From a virus (lineage: Duplodnaviria; Heunggongvirae; Uroviricota; Caudoviricetes), in the IMG/VR virus record IMGVR_UViG_2778261278_000008: 24,455 nucleotides of DNA. One strand, given 5' to 3'. Numbering within the stretch: the first letter of the stretch is position 1; every line of letters starts with the position of its first letter. Under the pieces are notes generated by a model. The model ran no database searches and was not told the DNA's origin. It saw nothing but the letters and a program-made list of their open reading frames with translations. Shown here piece by piece: positions 1 to 6,273 of this stretch. The translations under genes and the position numbers were made by a program.

Positions 1-1002
1 TTACCCTCTATTATCAAAAGGGTTCAATTCAACAGCAGCCTCTAAATGACCTGGAGCAAAATGCGCATAACGCATAGTCATTTTTATATCGCTATGCCCC
101 AGTATTTTTTGCAACACAAGAATATTTCCGCCCCGCATCATAAAATGACTGGCAAACGTGTGACGTAGCACATGAGTTAATTGCCCATCAGGAAGCTCGA
201 TCTTCGCTCTCTTAATTGCAGCGTCAAAAGCCTCATAACATGGTGAAAATAGCGCTCCTCGTTTTTTAGGAAGCATAGCCTGCAATTGAGGTGAAATAGG
301 TACAGTGCGGTTCTTCTTTCCTTTAGTTTTAACAAATGTGATTCGACCGGGCAGTACTTGAGATTGCTTTAATCCTTCTGCTTCACTCCACCGAGCACCA
401 GTCGCAAGCCCAATACGGACAACAACCCCCAAATCTTTATTCCGTGACTCATCACACGAAATCAGAAGGCGTTCAATCTCATCTACATACAGAAACGCCA
501 GTTCCTTTTCTTCCTCACGAAACTTGCGAATACCAGTCAGAGGGTTTTCACCAGACCACTCCCCAAGGCGCTTCAGTTCGGCAAAAACAGCATGTAGATA
601 TGACTGCTCGCGATTAACGGTTGCTTCACTAAGTTTTTTCTTCCCCTTGGGATTCCATTCTCCTGATAGCCTTCTTTCCCGATAAGTAGCAAACATATTT
701 TTGTCAAACTGAGAAGCAAATGGATCTCCCAGCCTAGAACAAATCGCCTCAAGTTTGACTTTGCGCTCTGCACCAGAGGACAAGGTTTTACCGTACATCT
801 CAAACCAACGAGCAATCAACTCAGAAAGACGAGGACCAGAACCATCTTGAAACTCGTCTCCAACTCTACTATTCATTAAACGGCGCTCATAAGAGAGCGC
901 CTCACTTTTTGTCGCAAACTGTTTACGAATGCGTTTTCCCGATGCCCCGTAGGGATAACATTCGCAAAGCCATTTACCTGATGGAATCTTACGAACCGAC
1001 AT
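1..1002 (-). CDS. int: Tyrosine recombinase, P2-type phage integrase
   Basis: 333-aa ORF. C-terminal catalytic region HVLRHTFASHFMMRGG...LGHSDIKMTMRYAHF is typical of tyrosine recombinases; N-terminal GKRIRKQFATKSEA and the C-terminus resemble P2 Int as recalled. Lies downstream of the repressor on the same strand, as in P2. Confidence 0.92.
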   Translation of the reverse strand: MSVRKIPSGKWLCECYPYGASGKRIRKQFATKSEALSYERRLMNSRVGDEFQDGSGPRLSELIARWFEMYGKTLSSGAERKVKLEAICSRLGDPFASQFDKNMFATYRERRLSGEWNPKGKKKLSEATVNREQSYLHAVFAELKRLGEWSGENPLTGIRKFREEEKELAFLYVDEIERLLISCDESRNKDLGVVVRIGLATGARWSEAEGLKQSQVLPGRITFVKTKGKKNRTVPISPQLQAMLPKKRGALFSPCYEAFDAAIKRAKIELPDGQLTHVLRHTFASHFMMRGGNILVLQKILGHSDIKMTMRYAHFAPGHLEAAVELNPFDNRG

Positions 1003-1007
1003 TTTAG

Positions 1008-1355
1008 TTACTTATCACATAAATCAAATGCAGCCTTAGTGACATCCCCCAGATTCTTTTTTAACCCTGGGGCGGCATCATTATCTAGCCAAAATGGATT
1101 ATTGTTATCTAACGGTAACGCACCAAATGTTTTACCTTTTATTCGAGCCAAACCTGTAAGCGCATATAACTTATTATCATCAAAATTCATCACATAAGGA
1201 TTACCATCAAGACACTGTAATTGAACCTCATCAGTATTAAATGGCCATACCCCATTGAAACTCTCACGTTCAATAGTTTTAAAAGGCATTGCGACGGCAG
1301 AAAAAGAAAACATAAATAAAAAAGTAACTAATAGTTGAATCTTTTTTACTTTCAT
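1008..1355 (-). CDS. Small secreted protein of unknown function (cargo gene between repressor and int)
   Basis: 115-aa ORF with Sec-type signal peptide (MKVKKIQLLVTFLFMFSFSAVA) and two Cys in the mature part. GAGGT RBS about 6 nt upstream. AT-rich coding sequence. Confidence 0.6.
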   Translation of the reverse strand: MKVKKIQLLVTFLFMFSFSAVAMPFKTIERESFNGVWPFNTDEVQLQCLDGNPYVMNFDDNKLYALTGLARIKGKTFGALPLDNNNPFWLDNDAAPGLKKNLGDVTKAAFDLCDK

Positions 1356-1384
1356 ATCATTACCTCAATTTAGCTCAAGTAAGA

Positions 1385-2035
1385 TTACAAATTAAAAAAC
1401 ATCCTAGAAATGGCACCGCCTACCAAAACCCCTACGCAGATAAAGAATATTATTTCTTTTGGATAAAGTCGGATTAATTCTGAAGCACGAAGTCGGACTT
1501 CTGGTAAGGTCGAATTCTCTGTGTTGCTTGATACCGATTGTTGCTCTAACCACGACAATGCAGACTGTAACTGAGAACGAGTAAGATCGTTTAAACGTCC
1601 TGTACCGAAATTGATATGGCAATACCGCAGAAGTTTTTGTCGAAGTCCACAGTCTTCACTGTTACGTAGTAATAAACTTACAAGAGTCTTACAGGCATCA
1701 TGATCTTTACATCGCTCAAGCATTGCATGCAGAAAACTCTCCGCTGTTTTATATTGATTTACTGTCATATCATCAATACCAGCTACACCAATCTCCGCAT
1801 GTACTTTTTGCCAAATAATAAACGCTTCAGTATTGCTAGCTTCTGCAATAGCAGCAACCAAACTATTTAGCTCCTTACGCTGAGCCTTAAGCAAAGGGCG
1901 ATCGTCATCATCATTATTCGAAGGGATTGCGATATTGACGATATGAGAACCATCATATCGATCTATCTGAATATTCTTTTCGTGAAAATCACGCCCAGCA
2001 ACGCGATTGTTTGAACCGTTTGAGTTGACGGCCAT
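1385..2035 (-). CDS. Hypothetical protein with C-terminal transmembrane anchor; N-terminus repeats the repressor C-terminal motif
   Basis: 216-aa ORF with strong RBS GGGAGG before the ATG. C-terminal hydrophobic helix IIFFICVGVLVGGAISRMFF. N-terminal SNGSNNRVAGRDFHE matches the repressor tail SGGNNRIAGRDYNE. Same frame as the repressor, separated by TGA-TAG-TAG. Confidence 0.6.
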   Translation of the reverse strand: MAVNSNGSNNRVAGRDFHEKNIQIDRYDGSHIVNIAIPSNNDDDDRPLLKAQRKELNSLVAAIAEASNTEAFIIWQKVHAEIGVAGIDDMTVNQYKTAESFLHAMLERCKDHDACKTLVSLLLRNSEDCGLRQKLLRYCHINFGTGRLNDLTRSQLQSALSWLEQQSVSSNTENSTLPEVRLRASELIRLYPKEIIFFICVGVLVGGAISRMFFNL

Positions 2036-2050
2036 GTCACCTCCCTACTA

Positions 2051-2455
2051 TCACCTACCCTTAGTTTCGTTATAGTCACGACCAGCGATACGGTTATTAC
2101 CACCAGAAATATTTAACTCACGTCCTGATGGCTGAGTTTCCTTTTCACTGACCGCACCTTTTAAAGCCCCGATCACCGCGTTTTTCACATCTAACGAAGC
2201 TGCTCGAAAGCGAGTAATCAACTCCTGCTCATCATCGTTATAAGTTTCAGGTGAGTGAATTCCCAACACAACATATTGAACATCAAGGCCAAAACGAGAC
2301 AGCGCTGCCAAATACGCAGCATCAGGAAAGCTATCTCCTTTCTCATATCTAAGCTGAGTTAGCTTTTTGACTCCACCAATGTCGCTCATAGCAACTTGAC
2401 TAAGCCCCAATCTTTCCCTTTCCTCACGCAACCGCTGACCAATATCATTTTTCAT
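2051..2455 (-). CDS. XRE-family helix-turn-helix immunity repressor (P2 C-like role)
   Basis: 134-aa ORF with N-terminal HTH (QRLREERERLGLSQVAMSDIGGVKKLTQLRYEKG). Divergent from the early operon, upstream of int on the same strand. Confidence 0.8.
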   Translation of the reverse strand: MKNDIGQRLREERERLGLSQVAMSDIGGVKKLTQLRYEKGDSFPDAAYLAALSRFGLDVQYVVLGIHSPETYNDDEQELITRFRAASLDVKNAVIGALKGAVSEKETQPSGRELNISGGNNRIAGRDYNETKGR

Positions 2456-2464
2456 ACAAAAACC

Positions 2465-2488
2465 TTGACAGGTATCTTTTTTGATACC
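2465..2488. promoter_or_regulatory. Candidate early promoter/operator in the 75-bp switch region: TTGACA followed by palindrome GGTATC-N6-GATACC
   Basis: Perfect -35 hexamer TTGACA at 2465-2470 on the plus strand, immediately followed by an inverted repeat GGTATC(2471-2476)/GATACC(2483-2488). Lies between the divergently oriented repressor and early genes. No convincing -10 found by eye. Confidence 0.4.
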
Positions 2489-2530
2489 AAAATGATTTCA
2501 CGAGCTATTAGATGATCACAATATACCACT

Positions 2531-2737
2531 ATGAAACAAGTTCTTCACGATACCAGATCACGCATTCCGCGTAACACCGCCACAGGTCCAAGACTGGCAC
2601 TTCGGCTGTCCCTCGAGGAGCGAGCCGTCATTGATGAAATGGCAGCTAAAGAGCAACGCTCATCCTCTAACATGGCGCGCATGATCTTCCTTCGCGGCCT
2701 AGAGCTAACCCAGAAAGAACAAAACAAATCTTCCTGA
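2531..2737 (+). CDS. Ribbon-helix-helix (Arc/MetJ/CopG-like) small DNA-binding protein, first gene of the early operon
   Basis: 68-aa ORF; pattern RLALRLSLEERAVIDEMAAKEQRSSSNMARMIFLRGLEL fits beta-strand plus two helices of RHH regulators. Position equivalent to a Cro/Apl-type gene. Confidence 0.55.
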   Translation: MKQVLHDTRSRIPRNTATGPRLALRLSLEERAVIDEMAAKEQRSSSNMARMIFLRGLELTQKEQNKSS

Positions 2738-2753
2738 TCAGGAGGCTAGTGGG

Positions 2754-2957
2754 ATGTCAGGTATAACCATCAATATCAATGTGAATGCCCCCTATGTATC
2801 CCTGCAGAAATATGCAGAGATAACAGGTATCCCTCTTAATACATGCAAAAAGATGTTGGCTGACGGTCGAATTATTATCCGTCCCAAACGCGCCAAAATG
2901 GAAAAGCCTGAAGTTAACCTTGTGGCGATGTTAAAAGACGCTTTGGCTAACAGCTAA
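2754..2957 (+). CDS. cox: Cox-like early regulator/excisionase-type HTH protein
   Basis: 67-aa ORF; APYVSLQKYAEITGIPLNTCKKMLADGRI resembles P2 Cox (IPYQEFAKLIGKSTGAVRRMIDKGKL) as recalled from memory. Confidence 0.55.
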   Translation: MSGITININVNAPYVSLQKYAEITGIPLNTCKKMLADGRIIIRPKRAKMEKPEVNLVAMLKDALANS

Positions 2958-2978
2958 AACAATCAACAGAGCATCATC

Positions 2979-3329
2979 ATGAAAAAAAACGCTAATAATC
3001 CATACTCCAAATTTCGTAATGGCGTAGAACGCCATGTACACCACGTCGCTACCAGTGCATCACGTAGTAACAGCCGCTATAACCTGAACGAGACGCACGC
3101 AACACCAGATGGGCACGCTGTAAAACAAATCGGCGAACACACCTGGCTGATTAAGAAAGCTGGAATCGTGGTTCACAGATGCCCACGCAATCCGTTTACC
3201 GGAAACCGCATTTTTGCATTAAGCAGCGGCGATAATCAGTTCGGGCAGGATTTCACATTGTACGAAGCACTGCGCACAGTCGATCGTCTGCTTCGCGGGC
3301 AAAGTTTTATTAAACAGGCTGATTTATAA
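2979..3329 (+). CDS. Hypothetical early-region protein
   Basis: 116-aa ORF in the early operon, same strand and tight spacing with neighbours. No family recognised. Confidence 0.55.
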   Translation: MKKNANNPYSKFRNGVERHVHHVATSASRSNSRYNLNETHATPDGHAVKQIGEHTWLIKKAGIVVHRCPRNPFTGNRIFALSSGDNQFGQDFTLYEALRTVDRLLRGQSFIKQADL

Positions 3330-3339
3330 CAGGTGCTTT

Positions 3340-3618
3340 ATGACCAAAGACCATGCACAAGGTGTATTTATCCGTTTTATTGATTTTCGCGGTGAACTGT
3401 TATTACGCGCATCGGCTATTGATGGAGTCGTCCCATCAGAAAAAAATGCAGCTACCTACGTTTATCTGAACGGTACGCGCCTGACTGTGGAACTTCCGTA
3501 CCAGACTGTACACGAAATCATTAGCGAAGCTGAAAAGGCACGCCAGGCTAATGGCGATGAACCCTATATCGAAATTATTTGTATGGATTCAGAAGCTGAA
3601 ATCCAGAAAGCAGATTAA
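3340..3618 (+). CDS. Hypothetical early-region protein
   Basis: 92-aa ORF, 10 nt after the previous stop. Confidence 0.55.
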   Translation: MTKDHAQGVFIRFIDFRGELLLRASAIDGVVPSEKNAATYVYLNGTRLTVELPYQTVHEIISEAEKARQANGDEPYIEIICMDSEAEIQKAD

Positions 3619-3629
3619 AGGGCGTTGCG

Positions 3630-3872
3630 ATGGGCAAAGAATATAAAACTCTCATTAACAAAGCACTTGAACGATTTTATTTTCGCTTAAGTGCATCAGG
3701 CGCTCATGCTGAACGTGCAGCCCGTGACTCATTGACCAGGGCAATCCGGAGTTTGTATGACGTTGCTTTTTACGCTGATGATCTGGATGCACTTAACGAA
3801 CTTTCCGAGCTGATCTGTGCCGCAGAATGCGGGGAACACATTGAACCGTATAAGCTGGGGAATATCGCATGA
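3630..3872 (+). CDS. Hypothetical early-region protein
   Basis: 80-aa ORF, 11 nt after the previous stop. Confidence 0.5.
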   Translation: MGKEYKTLINKALERFYFRLSASGAHAERAARDSLTRAIRSLYDVAFYADDLDALNELSELICAAECGEHIEPYKLGNIA

Positions 3873-3934
3873 GTATATTTATCTCATGGCTTGTTCTGAT
3901 TATTTCGGTGGCCTGCGCCATTGGGATTATGTGA
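3869..3934 (+). CDS. Candidate 21-aa hydrophobic micropeptide (MSIFISWLVLIISVACAIGIM)
   Basis: ATG overlaps the stop of the upstream gene (ATGA), suggesting translational coupling. Entirely hydrophobic, single predicted TM helix. Too short for the ORF track. Confidence 0.3.
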   Translation: MSIFISWLVLIISVACAIGIM

Positions 3935-4074
3935 ATTATTCATTCAGTAAAAAAGATTGAACGCTTTTTCACTGACAAATAACAGATTAAACAAAACCCC
4001 AGATTAAACCCGAAAACCTGAAAACTATCCGCATTCGCGGAGGTATTCGCACACGTAAATAACGGAGATATAAA

Positions 4075-4491
4075 ATGAACGCAAAAGAAAAAAATATTAT
4101 CAATACATTAAAAATAGTGTCAGCAGAGCAAGACAAGCCGTCCAGGGCAGCCCAGAAAGATAATCAACATATGGCAGCGCTTTACGCACTGACCATCGCA
4201 ATAGCCACCTCTGAAGCAGCCAAAGTTATTGAGGAACAGAGCAAAGAAATCGACACTCTTAAAACACAGTCAACAGTTGCAGCCATGAATCCGTCCAGCA
4301 TTGGACGCTGCATTTATATTCTTGGTTCAGCAATGATGCTGCAATACACCATTATTGCCGAACTGCACGGCAAATACCTGATAACGCCTTACCACACAAA
4401 AGAGTCAGAGCTTCTGACAAATCTCCGCCTGATAGAACGCTCTCAAGCTGTATTCATTGATGACGCGCAACGTGCCGTATTTAACGCATAG
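4075..4491 (+). CDS. Hypothetical early-region protein
   Basis: 138-aa ORF with GGAG RBS 7 nt upstream; follows an AT-rich 140-bp spacer. Confidence 0.55.
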   Translation: MNAKEKNIINTLKIVSAEQDKPSRAAQKDNQHMAALYALTIAIATSEAAKVIEEQSKEIDTLKTQSTVAAMNPSSIGRCIYILGSAMMLQYTIIAELHGKYLITPYHTKESELLTNLRLIERSQAVFIDDAQRAVFNA

Positions 4492-4514
4492 GGTTACTGG
4501 ACAAAGGGGGCGCA

Positions 4515-4718
4515 ATGGCAATTAAGCATTTTCCCGTCGTTCGCTTTACCTCCAGAGGGCGCGAATACGAGGTCGACGAACGCCTGATTACCACTATCGA
4601 CAAACATCGTTCGGAAAAGGATGCACACCACATCTATCTCACTGACGGCACTTACTTCTGCGCCACCAACGTGGCGCGAGTAAATCTTATCCGACAGGTA
4701 CAGGAGCCACGCAGATGA
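4515..4718 (+). CDS. Hypothetical early-region protein
   Basis: 67-aa ORF with AGGGGG RBS; stop overlaps the next start (ATGA). Confidence 0.5.
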   Translation: MAIKHFPVVRFTSRGREYEVDERLITTIDKHRSEKDAHHIYLTDGTYFCATNVARVNLIRQVQEPRR

Positions 4719-4981
4719 CCATTCTGGACTACATCGCTACTCATCCGGGGTGTAGCGGCGGAGAGATCGCCGCAGCACTGAATACCCCAACCACAGCCAT
4801 TAATGCTGAGTTACGCCGACTTTGGCGCGGCGGCTTAGCCATCAGAACAAACCGCAGCACAGGTGGTCGCGCTCGCAAAACAGGAGGCCAGGCTTCTTAC
4901 CACGTAAACCCGATGCCGTTCGGGTGTAGCAATCCACTTACTCACATGTTTAACCAGCTACTGAAGGAAGCCAGAGCATGA
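4715..4981 (+). CDS. Hypothetical protein, possible winged-helix DNA-binding
   Basis: 88-aa ORF; start and stop both overlap neighbours (ATGA couplings). N-terminal ILDYIATHPGCSGGEIAAALNTPTTAINAELRRL resembles small winged-helix regulators (inference). Confidence 0.5.
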   Translation: MTILDYIATHPGCSGGEIAAALNTPTTAINAELRRLWRGGLAIRTNRSTGGRARKTGGQASYHVNPMPFGCSNPLTHMFNQLLKEARA

Positions 4982-5268
4982 GCACCATCAACCACCAGAA
5001 GCTACGCGAACTGGCATTTGCCCTGCAACGAATGGCAACGCCTCAAAAATTACTGGCATTTCGCGCAATGCTCTCGCCGTCTGCTGTGCTGGCACTGCTG
5101 GATGAGCTGGAGCACGCCAGAACCACGGCTCCTGCCATTCGCCTGACGCTCCATCATGAAATCGCTGATTTCTGCGCGACGTTGGAGGCGCCGGGCGAAC
5201 CGGAAACGCCGGAAGCAATACAGCAAGAGCTGCTGCAACGCATTGACAAGGTTTTTGATTTTTTCTGA
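4978..5268 (+). CDS. Hypothetical early-region protein
   Basis: 96-aa ORF, translationally coupled to the upstream gene. Confidence 0.55.
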   Translation: MSTINHQKLRELAFALQRMATPQKLLAFRAMLSPSAVLALLDELEHARTTAPAIRLTLHHEIADFCATLEAPGEPETPEAIQQELLQRIDKVFDFF

Positions 5269-5398
5269 ACCAGTAAGAAACCAGAACATGCACACACAAA
5301 AAAACCGCTTGCCATGCCTCAATAGGTCAGGTTACATTTCCGCTGCACCTCATAAAACGGGTGCCGGGATTCTCAACCCGACACAGAGCAAAGCGCAT

Positions 5399-5419
5399 AA
5401 CCGCGCAAGCGGTTTTTTT
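5399..5419 (+). terminator. Rho-independent terminator (stem AACCGC / loop GCAA / GCGGTT followed by a T7 run)
   Basis: Hairpin with GNRA-type loop followed immediately by TTTTTTT, 130 bp downstream of the stop at 5268. Confidence 0.55.
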
Positions 5420-5598
5420 GTGCGTACTGTATTGCCACGTCTTTTTCGCGTCAGAATTATGGCGGGGCGTACGGGGCCGACTTTGGTCGGGCCGGATTCT
5501 TTGCTCTCCGGTGTTGAGAACCCTGTACGTCTCGCCACCCCGAGATTCTCAACTCTGGATGGTGAGTTATTTCTATCACCGAGCAAAGAGGCCACACC

Positions 5599-5829
5599 AT
5601 GGCAAACCGCAAACAGCACCGCGCTATCGCGGAGCGTCGTCACATCCAGACTGAAATCAACCGCAGACTTTCCCGCACATCACGCGTCGCGCAAATCATG
5701 CACATCAATATGCTGCATGAGCGCAGCCACGCACTATCAAACATTTATTCCGCCTCTGTTTTCAGCTATCTGGCGGATGATCTGCACGAGCTTCAACAGC
5801 TCATCCAACAGCAAAACAAACTCCATTAA
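5599..5829 (+). CDS. Hypothetical protein
   Basis: 76-aa ORF with AAGAGG RBS 7 nt upstream; first gene after the noncoding island. Confidence 0.5.
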   Translation: MANRKQHRAIAERRHIQTEINRRLSRTSRVAQIMHINMLHERSHALSNIYSASVFSYLADDLHELQQLIQQQNKLH

Positions 5830-5901
5830 TTCCTGTTCCGGGCCTTTCCTGCACCTTGCGGCGGGAGGCCTTCGCACATCTGTAACAAGAGGATTGCCGC
5901 A

Positions 5902-6267
5902 ATGATTCTCGCCAACGACTTTCTTGAATACCTGCTCAACACAGAACGTGATCTTGCCGCTCGCGTGCGTGATCGTTATGACATGTACCTGAAATCCCTG
6001 CCTGTACCGCAGCTCGCTGACGGAAAGATTGTTATTGATGGTCGCTACATGATTGACAGCCACGAGGGAAATTACAGGCTTTACCGCATTGAAGGTGGCA
6101 CCCCGTCCGTTATTGGCATTTACCAGCGCCCATCCTCTGCAATCGTCGATGTGATTGCCGACAGCATCCGCATCACACATCGCCATGCCGACACAGAAGA
6201 CACCGTGCTGGAAATTCAGCGGCTGGCTACAGTCTGCCGCGACACCCTGAATGGCATGACGAAGTAA
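5902..6267 (+). CDS. Hypothetical protein immediately upstream of replication gene A
   Basis: 121-aa ORF with AAGAGG RBS 9 nt upstream. Confidence 0.55.
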   Translation: MILANDFLEYLLNTERDLAARVRDRYDMYLKSLPVPQLADGKIVIDGRYMIDSHEGNYRLYRIEGGTPSVIGIYQRPSSAIVDVIADSIRITHRHADTEDTVLEIQRLATVCRDTLNGMTK

Positions 6268-6273
6268 ATCACT

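Noticed and set aside
1-60. Phage attachment site next to int
   Set aside because: The window begins at the int stop codon, so the attachment junction expected beyond the int 3' end lies outside the window.
5156-5905. 249-aa plus-strand ORF spanning the noncoding island
   Set aside because: It overlaps the well-supported ORF at 4978-5268, runs straight through the intrinsic terminator at 5399-5419 and the ORF at 5599, has no RBS, and its translation is low-complexity. It reads as an artefact of an open frame.
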